Origin: Candidatus Sysuimicrobium tengchongense
GTDB lineage: Bacteria; Sysuimicrobiota; Sysuimicrobiia; Sysuimicrobiales; Sysuimicrobiaceae
NCBI GenBank assembly: GCA_031460175.1
Contig: JAVKGW010000001.1
Location: 83,021-147,020, forward strand
Direction: 5' to 3'
Length of the DNA stretch: 64,000 bases
Below are positions 56,788 to 64,000 of this stretch, in pieces. Each line of letters opens with the position of its first letter. Position 1 is the first letter of the stretch. Position numbers and translations under genes: made by a program. Under the pieces are notes generated by a model, which had not been told where the DNA came from, searched no databases, and saw only the letters and a program-made list of their open reading frames with translations.

Positions 56788-57105
56788 CTATACGGGGAAG
56801 CCCATGCTCTGCAGCACGAGTCGCCCTTCCTCCGTGAGACGTTCGGGCGTCCACGGGGGCGAGAAGACGATCTCCACCTCCACGTCCTCCACCCCCGGGA
56901 GCTCCAGCAGCTTCGCGCGGATCTCCTCCGCCAGGATGGGCCCGATGGGGCAGCCCAGGGCCGTGAGGGTCATCTGGATGTAGATCCGGCCGTCCTGCTG
57001 CTGGATGTCGTAGATGAGCCCCAGATCCCAGATGTTCACCGGGATCTCCGGGTCGTAGCAGGTCTTGAGGACCTCGATGATCTCCTCCCGACTCGGCATG
57101 GTCAT
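56788..57105 (-). CDS. DUF59 / MIP18-family Fe-S cluster assembly-associated protein (SufT-like)
   Basis: IIEVLKTCYDPEIPVNIWDLGLIY...TLTALGCPIG is the DUF59 pattern. Confidence 0.6.
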   Translation of the reverse strand: MTMPSREEIIEVLKTCYDPEIPVNIWDLGLIYDIQQQDGRIYIQMTLTALGCPIGPILAEEIRAKLLELPGVEDVEVEIVFSPPWTPERLTEEGRLVLQSMGFPV

Positions 57106-57293
57106 CTCCCCGGTCCCAGAACTGGGGTCCATCGCCCCCGCCCATCATACACAAACCCGACAGGCCCTGGGTGGGGAGATGCTAGGATGGAGGGGACGTG
57201 GAGGAAGAGCATGCCGTGCGGGGATCGCCCTCCTCACGCTGAGCTGGCCTTGGCCCCGAAGGCGAAGCCCTCAGGGACCGCGGGAGGCGCCCG

Positions 57294-59990
57294 GTGAGCA
57301 TCCTCCCGCGGCTGCTGCTCGCGCTCCTGCTCCTCCTGGGCGTCGTCCTGTGGCCGGCCCTGGCCTACTGGTACACGGAGTGGCTGTGGTTTTTGGAGCT
57401 CGGATATCCCCGGGTGTTCTGGATCCCCTTCCTGTCCAGACTCCTGGTGGGAGGGTTCGTTTTCGCCTTCGTGTTCGCCCTCCTCTCCCTCAACGCGCGG
57501 CCCTTCCTGCGCCGGTGGACCCGCCCGGAGATCCTCGAGCTGTACCGGGACGGCGGCCGTTTCCGCCCCCGGGCGCCCTCCCCGTGGCCCCGGCGCGCCC
57601 TCCTCGGGACGTGCGCGGGGATCGCCTTCCTCGCGGCCCTGGCGAACACGGGCCAGTGGTTGGCCCTCCAGCAGTTCCTGCACGCGCAGCCTGCGGGCGC
57701 GCGGGACCCCATCTTCGGGCTCGACCTCTCCACCTACCTCTTGCGGCTGCCCTTCTGGCGGTTCCTGGTGGACCTGACGTGGGGATGGCTGCTCTTCACC
57801 CTGGTGGGGGTGACCGCAGGGTACCTGCTGGACACCGCGACCCTCGCGATCCGCGGGGTCTGGGCCCTCCCGCCCGGAGCCCGGGCCCACCTCTCCGTGC
57901 TTCTGGCGCTGCTTTTCCTGGTCCGGGCCGTGGGCTTCCGGCTCGATGCCCTGGAGTTGCTGACCTCTCAGCGGGGCCTGTTCTTCGGGATGACGTACGC
58001 GGACCTGCACGCGCGCCTCCCCGCCCTGAACGCCCTCTTCTACCTCTCCCTGGTGGCCTCAGGGCTGCTGTTCGCGAACGCGTGGCTGCGCACGGTGCGG
58101 TTCGCCGCGGGCGTGGTGGCCGTCCAGATCCTGGCGTGGTTCGTGGGCGTGGGGCTGTTGCCCGGGCTCGTGCAGCAGCTGGTGGTGGCCCCGAGCGAGC
58201 TCACCCGCGAGACCCCCTACCTCGCCCACCACATCCGGGCCACCCGGGCCGCCTTCGGGCTGGAGGGGGTGCGGACGCAGGTCTTTCCCGCCGCGGGGCA
58301 ACTCCCCCCGGAGGCCCTTGGGCGGAACCGGGACACCCTGGAGAACGTGCGGCTCTGGGACTACCGGCCCCTCCTGGAGACCTACCGGCAGCTGCAGGCC
58401 CTGCGGGCCTACTACACCTTCCACGACGTGGACATCGACCGCTACCGGATCGGGGGTCGAGCGCGCCAGCTCATGCTGGCGGCCCGGGAGCTGGACCTCT
58501 CCCGCCTCCCGCCGCAGGCCCGGACCTGGGTGAACGAGCACCTGGTCTACACCCACGGGTACGGGGCGGTGGCAAGCCCCGTGAACCGGGCTTCCGCGGA
58601 GGGGCTGCCGGAGTTCTGGATCCGGGACCTCCCCCCGCAGGCGCAGTTTGAGGAGCTCCGCATCACCCGGCCCGAGATCTACTTCGGGGAGCTCACCCAC
58701 CAGTACGTGATTGTGCGGACCCGGGTCCCGGAGTTCGACTACCCCCGAGGGGAGGAGAACGTCACCACCCGGTACCAGGGGCGGGGCGGGATTCCCCTCT
58801 CGCACCCCCTGCGGCGGCTGGCCTTCGCCACCCGGTTCGGGAACCTCCGCATCCTCCTCTCCACGGACATCACCTCAGAGAGCCGGGTGCTGTTCGCCCG
58901 CACGGTCCTGGAGCGGGCGCGGCGGCTCGCACCCTTCCTCCGATACGACAGGGACCCCTACCTCGTGATCGCCAACGGGCGCCTGTTCTGGATTCTGGAC
59001 GCCTACACCACCAGCAACCGGTACCCGTACGCGCAGCCCGTGGAGGGCATCAACTACATCCGCAACGCGGTGAAGGTGGTGGTGGACGCGTACCACGGCA
59101 CCACGGACTTCTACATGGTGGATCCCGCGGATCCCCTCATCCGCACGTGGGCCCGCATCTTTCCGGGCCTCTTCCAGCCCGCAGACCGCCTCCCTCCGGA
59201 GCTCCGGGAGCACCTCCGGTATCCCGTGGACCTCTTCGCGCTGCAAGCCCAGGTGTACGCGACCTACCACATGCGGGATCCCCGGGTGTTCTACAACCGG
59301 GAGGACGCGTGGTCCTGGCCCACGGAGATCTTCGCGGGGCAGCAGCAGCCCATGGAGCCGTACTACGTGACCCTGCGGCTTCAGGGAGAGCCCGGACCCG
59401 AGTTCGCCCTCATCCTCCCCATGACCGCCCAGCGTCGGGAGAACATGGTGGCCTGGCTCGCGGCCCGAAACGATCCTCCCCATCGGGGGGAGCTGCGAGT
59501 GTTCCTCTTCCCCAAGGAGCGGGTGGTGTTCGGGCCCATGCAGGTGGAATCCCGCATCGACCAGGACCCGCAGATCAGCGCCCAGCTCACCCTGTGGAAC
59601 CAGCAGGGCTCCCGGGTGATCCGGGGGAATCTCCTGGTGATCCCCATCGAGGACTCCATCCTGTACGTGGAGCCCATCTTCTTGCGGTCGGAGACGAGCC
59701 AGCTTCCCGAGCTCAAGCGGGTGATCGTGGCCCACGGGCCCCGCATCGCCATGGAGGAGACCCTGGAGGCGGCCCTGAGCCGGATATTCGGGACCCGGGC
59801 CGCGGCAGAGCGCCCCGCGGGATCCCCGGCGGACCTGGACGCCCGATCCGCGGAGCTGGTCGGGCAGGCGCTGGAGCACTACGAGCGGGCCCAGCGGCTG
59901 CTGCGGTCGGGGGATCTCGGGGGATACCAGCGGGAGATGGAGGCCGTGGGCCGTCTCCTGCGGGAGCTCCACCGGCGGCTACGGCCTTAG
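57294..59990 (+). CDS. UPF0182-family large membrane protein
   Basis: 898 aa. N-terminal multi-TM region WYTEWLWFLELGY...; the overall architecture matches UPF0182. Confidence 0.78.
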   Translation: MSILPRLLLALLLLLGVVLWPALAYWYTEWLWFLELGYPRVFWIPFLSRLLVGGFVFAFVFALLSLNARPFLRRWTRPEILELYRDGGRFRPRAPSPWPRRALLGTCAGIAFLAALANTGQWLALQQFLHAQPAGARDPIFGLDLSTYLLRLPFWRFLVDLTWGWLLFTLVGVTAGYLLDTATLAIRGVWALPPGARAHLSVLLALLFLVRAVGFRLDALELLTSQRGLFFGMTYADLHARLPALNALFYLSLVASGLLFANAWLRTVRFAAGVVAVQILAWFVGVGLLPGLVQQLVVAPSELTRETPYLAHHIRATRAAFGLEGVRTQVFPAAGQLPPEALGRNRDTLENVRLWDYRPLLETYRQLQALRAYYTFHDVDIDRYRIGGRARQLMLAARELDLSRLPPQARTWVNEHLVYTHGYGAVASPVNRASAEGLPEFWIRDLPPQAQFEELRITRPEIYFGELTHQYVIVRTRVPEFDYPRGEENVTTRYQGRGGIPLSHPLRRLAFATRFGNLRILLSTDITSESRVLFARTVLERARRLAPFLRYDRDPYLVIANGRLFWILDAYTTSNRYPYAQPVEGINYIRNAVKVVVDAYHGTTDFYMVDPADPLIRTWARIFPGLFQPADRLPPELREHLRYPVDLFALQAQVYATYHMRDPRVFYNREDAWSWPTEIFAGQQQPMEPYYVTLRLQGEPGPEFALILPMTAQRRENMVAWLAARNDPPHRGELRVFLFPKERVVFGPMQVESRIDQDPQISAQLTLWNQQGSRVIRGNLLVIPIEDSILYVEPIFLRSETSQLPELKRVIVAHGPRIAMEETLEAALSRIFGTRAAAERPAGSPADLDARSAELVGQALEHYERAQRLLRSGDLGGYQREMEAVGRLLRELHRRLRP

Positions 59991-61273
59991 GAAGTCCTCA
60001 GACGCACCAGCAGCTTGTCAATGCGCCGGCCGTCCAGGTCCACCACCTCGATCTCGTACGCCCCGAAACGCACCTTCTCCCCCACGGAGGGGATGCGGCC
60101 CATGAGGTGCAGGACGAGCCCCGCCGCAGTGGTGGCCTCTCCGGTGTCCACGGCTTCCTCTTCCAGACCCAGACGGGAGAGGAGCTGGTGGAGGGGCGTG
60201 CGGCCGTCCACCAAAAGCGACCCGTCCTCCCGCACCACGATCTCCGGCTCCTCCTCCCCGTACTCCGAGGGGATCTCCCCCACGATCTCCTCGAGGATGT
60301 CCTCCAGGGTCACCCACCCCGCCGTCCCCCCGTACTCGTCCAGCACCACCGCCGCGTGGGCCCGGTGCTCCTGGAGCACCCGGAGGGCGTCCAGGACCCG
60401 CACGGTCTCCGGGAGGCTCGGCACGCTCCGGACCATCTTCCGCCAGTCCTCCGTCCCGGAACACCCCACGAGATCCCGGGCGTACAGGACCCCCACGATG
60501 TGGTCGAGATCCCGGTCGTAGACGGGGAAGCGGGAGTAGGTGGAAGCGCGGATGGTGCGCAGCACCTCCTCCAAGGTCGCGTGCGTGGGGAGGCCCACCA
60601 GTTCCGTACGGGGGGTCATGATCTCTACGAGCCTCCGGTTCGTCACCCGGACCACCCCTGAGAGGACCTTGGCCGCGCTCTCCCGGAGGAGGCCCGTGCG
60701 CGCGCTCTCTTCCACCAGGGCGCCGAAGTCCTCCAGGGTCATGCGGGGGGCGCTTTCCCGGGTCTGCCGCAGGAGCCACAGCACCGCGTTCGTGGCCGCG
60801 GTCAGCAGCCCCACCGCGGGCGCCACGAGGCGCGTGAAGCCCTGCATGGCGGGCGCGAGGGCCACGGCCACCTCCTCCGCCCGCGCCAGGCTCACCCGCT
60901 TGGGTGCGAGCTCCCCCACCACCAGGAACAGGAAGGTGAGGAGCACCACCACGAGGCCCAGGGCCAGCGGATCCGCGTAGGGGGCGAGGGGGGACCAGCG
61001 CCGGAGGCCTGCGGCGAGGGGCTCCGCGATGCGGGCGCCCGAGTACGCGGAGGCCAAGGTTCCCACCAGGGTGATCCCGACCTGGACCGCGGCCAGGAAC
61101 CGGTCCCGGTGGCGGATCAGGTACAGGGCCGCCTCCGCCCGCGGATCCCCCGCCCTCCGTCGACGCTCCAGGCGGGCGGTGCGGGCCGTGATCACCGCCG
61201 TCTCCAACGCGGCGAAGGCCGCGTTGGCCAGAAGCAGCAGGAGGACGACGAGGGCTTCCTCCAGCCACGCCAT
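59987..61273 (-). CDS. CNNM/CorC-family transporter (DUF21-CBS pair-CorC_HlyC), hemolysin-like
   Basis: N-terminal DUF21 TM domain, CBS pair, and C-terminal transporter-associated domain. Confidence 0.85.
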   Translation of the reverse strand: MAWLEEALVVLLLLLANAAFAALETAVITARTARLERRRRAGDPRAEAALYLIRHRDRFLAAVQVGITLVGTLASAYSGARIAEPLAAGLRRWSPLAPYADPLALGLVVVLLTFLFLVVGELAPKRVSLARAEEVAVALAPAMQGFTRLVAPAVGLLTAATNAVLWLLRQTRESAPRMTLEDFGALVEESARTGLLRESAAKVLSGVVRVTNRRLVEIMTPRTELVGLPTHATLEEVLRTIRASTYSRFPVYDRDLDHIVGVLYARDLVGCSGTEDWRKMVRSVPSLPETVRVLDALRVLQEHRAHAAVVLDEYGGTAGWVTLEDILEEIVGEIPSEYGEEEPEIVVREDGSLLVDGRTPLHQLLSRLGLEEEAVDTGEATTAAGLVLHLMGRIPSVGEKVRFGAYEIEVVDLDGRRIDKLLVRLRTS

Positions 61274-61357
61274 CCGGGGTTGAGGTTCGCCCCCTTCCGG
61301 ATTCCTCCCTGCTGCACGGGCAGGACCGGCAGGGCAGAGCCCTCTTGGACCGGGCGG

Positions 61358-61927
61358 TTACCGGGGCGGGCGGCGCTCTGAGATCAGGGCGTCGGAGTCC
61401 AGGATGGCCTGGGCCACCTCCCGCATGGTCCTGCGCTGGTTGCGGGCCCGCCGCTGCAGGAGGCGGTACGCTTCCTCCTCGTCAAGGCCCAGCCGCTTCA
61501 TCAGGATGCCCTTCGCCCGCTCCACCAGCTTCCGGGTCTCCAGGGCCTCCCGGGCCTTCCGCACCTCCTGGAACCGCTGGTAACTCAGGGCCACCGCCGC
61601 CCGCAGCTCCGACTCCACCAGGGGCTTGGTGATGTACGCGTAGGCGCCGACCGCCTCGGCCGCCGCCAGCAGCTCCCGGTCACCGTAAGCGGTGAGGAAG
61701 ACCACCGGCACCCGGTCCCGAACCTGTCGGGCCACCTCGATGCCGTCCGTGGGCTCCATGCGGATGTCGAGCACCAGGAGGTCAGGCCGCAGCCGGTCCA
61801 CCAGCTCCAGGACCTCGCGGCCCGAAGCCGCCTCCCCCACCACCTCGTGTCCCGCGTCCAGCAGGATGCGCCGCACGCCCATCCGGATGAGGGGTTCGTC
61901 GTCCGCGATGAGGATCCGCATACGCAC
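61358..61927 (-). CDS. ANTAR-domain response regulator (REC-ANTAR, AmiR/NasT-like)
   Basis: MRILIADDEPLIRMGVRR...DIRMEP receiver domain plus C-terminal ANTAR (...AKGILMKRLGLDEEEAYRLLQRRARNQRRTMREVA). Confidence 0.85.
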   Translation of the reverse strand: MRMRILIADDEPLIRMGVRRILLDAGHEVVGEAASGREVLELVDRLRPDLLVLDIRMEPTDGIEVARQVRDRVPVVFLTAYGDRELLAAAEAVGAYAYITKPLVESELRAAVALSYQRFQEVRKAREALETRKLVERAKGILMKRLGLDEEEAYRLLQRRARNQRRTMREVAQAILDSDALISERRPPR

Positions 61928-61930
61928 CTC

Positions 61931-61968
61931 CCGAACGAAAGACGCCCCCGGCGTTGGCCGGGGGCGTC
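61931..61968 (-). terminator. Intrinsic terminator downstream of glnA
   Basis: 12-bp perfect stem GACGCCCCCGGC / GCCGGGGGCGTC with loop CAAC, followed on the minus-strand RNA by UUUCGUUCGG. It ends 4 nt before the ANTAR-regulator start codon. Confidence 0.6.
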
Positions 61969-61994
61969 CTGGCCCGTGTGCGCGGGCGCCGCGG

Positions 61995-63434
61995 TTACAC
62001 GTCGAAGTACAGGTAGAACTCGTACGGATGCGGCCGGATGCTCACCTCGTGGAGCTCCTTCTCCCGCTTGTAGCCGATCCAGGTCTCGATGAGGTCCCGG
62101 GTGAACACGTCCCCCTCCAGGAGGAACTCGTGGTCCGCCTCCAGGGCGCTGAGGACCTCTCCGAGGGAACCGGGCACGCTCTTCACCCGGGCCGCCTCCT
62201 CCGGCGGGAGCTCGTAGGTGTTCACGTCCAGGGGACCGAAGGGGGAGGCATCGAGCTTGCGCCGGATCCCGTCCACCCCCGCCATGAGCATGGCCGCGAA
62301 CGCCAGGTAGGGATTGCAGCTGGGGTCCGGAGGCCGGAACTCGATGCGCTTGCTCGCCGCGGCCTCCGGGCCCGTGTAGTACATGGGGATGCGCACGCAG
62401 GCGCTGCGGTTCCGCTTGCTGAAGGCCACGTTCACGGGCGCCTCGTAGTGGGGCACCAGGCGCTTGTAGGAGTTCGTGGTGGGGCTCGTGAAGGCCAGGA
62501 TGGCGTCCACGTGCGTGAGCAGCCCGGCGATGTAGTGGAGGGCGAGGTCGCTCAGCTCCGCGTATTTTCCTTCTGCGTAGAAGAGGTTGCGGCCGTCCTT
62601 CCACAGGCTCTGGTGGGTGTGCATGCCGCTGCCGTTGTCGCCGAAGAGGGGTTTGGGCATAAAGGTGACGGTGCATCCGTGTCGGCGGGCCACGTTGCGC
62701 ATCACGTACTTGTAGATCATCACCTTGTCGGCCATCCGGACCAGGGTGTCCCGCTCCATGTCGATCTCCGCCTGGCCCGCGGTGGCCACCTCGTGGTGGT
62801 GCATCTCCACCGGGATCCCGATCTGCTCCAGGATCAGGGCCGCCTCGCTGCGGATGTCCTGGAAGGTGTCGCTGGGCGGGGCCGGGAAGTAGCCCTCCTT
62901 CGGACGGATCTTGTAGCCCAGGTTCTTCCCGTTGTCGTTCCCCGTGTTCCAGATCCCTTCCCGGCTGTCGATGCAGTAGCCCATGCGATGGGGCAGCACC
63001 TCATACGTGACGTGGTCGAAGATGAAGAACTCGATCTCGGGTCCCCAGTAGCTCACATCCGCGATGCCCGTCTCCTTGAGGTAGGCCTCCGCCTTCTTGG
63101 CCACGTACCGGGGGTCGCGGCTGTAGGGAGCCCGGGTCTCCGGATCCACCACGTCACAGATCATCACCAGGGTCGGGACTTCCAGGAAGGGATCCACGAA
63201 GGCGGTCGCCGGATCCGGAAGGAGCAGCATGTCGCTCTCCTGGATGGCCTGGAAGCCCCGGATGCTGCTGCCGTCAAACCCGATCCCCTTCTTGAAGGTG
63301 GACTCGTCCAGGGCGGAGGCGGGGATGGTGGCGTGCTGCCACACCCCGGGCACGTCCGTGAACCGGAGATCCACCATCTGGATGTTCTTCTCCTTGACCA
63401 GCCTCAGCACATCCTGCGCCGTCTTTCCCGTCAT
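61995..63434 (-). CDS. glnA: Glutamine synthetase type I
   Basis: 479 aa with canonical GS-I motifs, including the adenylylation-region and ATP-binding signatures (KPLFGDNGSGMHTHQS). Confidence 0.95.
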   Translation of the reverse strand: MTGKTAQDVLRLVKEKNIQMVDLRFTDVPGVWQHATIPASALDESTFKKGIGFDGSSIRGFQAIQESDMLLLPDPATAFVDPFLEVPTLVMICDVVDPETRAPYSRDPRYVAKKAEAYLKETGIADVSYWGPEIEFFIFDHVTYEVLPHRMGYCIDSREGIWNTGNDNGKNLGYKIRPKEGYFPAPPSDTFQDIRSEAALILEQIGIPVEMHHHEVATAGQAEIDMERDTLVRMADKVMIYKYVMRNVARRHGCTVTFMPKPLFGDNGSGMHTHQSLWKDGRNLFYAEGKYAELSDLALHYIAGLLTHVDAILAFTSPTTNSYKRLVPHYEAPVNVAFSKRNRSACVRIPMYYTGPEAAASKRIEFRPPDPSCNPYLAFAAMLMAGVDGIRRKLDASPFGPLDVNTYELPPEEAARVKSVPGSLGEVLSALEADHEFLLEGDVFTRDLIETWIGYKREKELHEVSIRPHPYEFYLYFDV

Positions 63435-63473
63435 GTTGCCTCCCTCCTTCCGTGGCCTGCTGGGGTTCGGATG

Positions 63474-63591
63474 CTAACCGTCCTCCTCCGTGGATCGGCG
63501 GCCCCGGAGGATGCGGCTGGGGAAAACCACCCAGGCGCAGAACAGGGCGATGAAGGTTCCCAGGGCGAGCCATGCTTCCATCGCGTTCCCT
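63474..63591 (-). CDS. Small hydrophobic ORF (38 aa) between amt and glnA
   Basis: My own translation: MEAWLALGTFIALFCAWVVFPSRILRGRRSTEEDG. A GGGAGG RBS lies 7-8 nt upstream. It occupies the slot where glnK normally sits, but it is not a PII protein. Confidence 0.3.
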
Positions 63592-63606
63592 CCCGTTCCT
63601 TGGATT

Positions 63607-64000
63607 TCACGCTCCGCCCGCGGGCACCGGGGTAGGCTCGAGGACGTATGCGGGCGTGCCGTGCTCCGGCAGGTCCAGCCCCTGGAGCTCCTCCTCCCGC
63701 GAGGCCCTCAGGCCAATGGTGCTGCGGATCAGAGCGAACATGATGTATCCCGTGATCAGCGACCAGGCGGTCACCACCCCCATGCTGATGAGCTGGGCCA
63801 CGAGCTGCCCTACCTCCCCCACGATGAGGCCCCGTACGCCCCCGTACGTGCCGTCCGCGAAGATCCCCACGGCCAACAGTCCCCACAGCCCTCCGGCCGC
63901 GTGCACGGAAACCGCGCCCACGGGATCGTCCACCTTCAGGGTCCGCTCCACGAACCCCAGACTCCACATCATCACGAGGGCCGCGATGGCTCCGATCACC
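63607..64000 (-). CDS. amt: Ammonium transporter Amt (C-terminal part; continues beyond window end)
   Basis: ...GLWGLLAVGIFADG...TM helices of the Amt family. The ORF is open to the window edge. Confidence 0.85.
   Translation of the reverse strand, partial: VIGAIAALVMMWSLGFVERTLKVDDPVGAVSVHAAGGLWGLLAVGIFADGTYGGVRGLIVGEVGQLVAQLISMGVVTAWSLITGYIMFALIRSTIGLRASREEELQGLDLPEHGTPAYVLEPTPVPAGGA

Noticed and set aside
1-64000. CRISPR arrays, rRNA genes, IS-type transposases
   Set aside because: No regularly spaced direct repeats, no rRNA-like conserved blocks, and no transposase-like ORFs were seen on either strand. The only mobile element supported is the tRNA-Phe integrative element.

Overview
GC-rich bacterial chromosomal window (roughly two-thirds G+C by eye, with sharply AT-richer patches). 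The Mn-catalase is near-identical to Thermus Mn-catalase as I remember it, which together with UPF0182 and the operon layout points to a Deinococcus-Thermus-like host; this is an inference only.

Left third, housekeeping:
- Divergent AraC-family regulator and Mn-catalase.
- A nine-gene minus-strand aromatic operon, tyrA-trpE-trpG-trpD-trpC-trpS-trpF-trpB-trpA, with 4-nt ATGA overlaps. It is preceded by a T-box leader (a strong T-box motif directly upstream of an intrinsic terminator).
- A LOG-like gene and a CoA-transferase.
- A glycolipid cluster: polysaccharide deacetylase, MFS transporter, MGDG/UgtP-like glycosyltransferase, DagK-like lipid kinase.
- CoxG, tRNA-Glu(UUC), two OsmC/Ohr paralogs, a DUF2892 protein, a Cys-phosphatase.
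- A DUF4258/DUF2283 pair and SbtA/SbtB.

Middle, about 22.8-45.5 kb, a mosaic-GC defense island that is almost entirely minus-strand:
- A GGCT-like protein and a Swt1-HEPN/DUF499-like ATPase.
- A HEPN/MNT pair, a Big_2 protein and a DUF3800 protein.
- A Type I RM system, hsdR-hsdM-[MNT/HEPN]-hsdS. Its HsdS has two near-identical target-recognition domains, and its HsdR carries an inserted carboxypeptidase-regulatory-like domain.
- An AlbA_2/HATPase_c_4 gene frameshifted at a C7 tract.
- An AT-rich four-gene module: SNF2-DUF3883 helicase, a 245-aa partner, a catalytically degenerate short MID-PIWI Argonaute, and a Ymh-family HEPN protein with an intact Rx4H motif. I consider this the best candidate for an undescribed short-pAgo system with a HEPN effector.

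Then a roughly 6.8-kb integrative element inserted in tRNA-Phe:
- 48-nt exact direct repeats (one is the tRNA 3' half).
- A tyrosine integrase, two Xis-like HTH proteins, and a prim-pol/AAA helicase with an internal iteron cluster.

Right end: tRNA-Phe, tRNA-Asp, an orphan XDH-family Mo subunit, pncB, a DUF59 protein, UPF0182, a CNNM/CorC protein, an ANTAR response regulator, glnA, a small ORF and a partial amt gene.

No CRISPR array or rRNA was seen.
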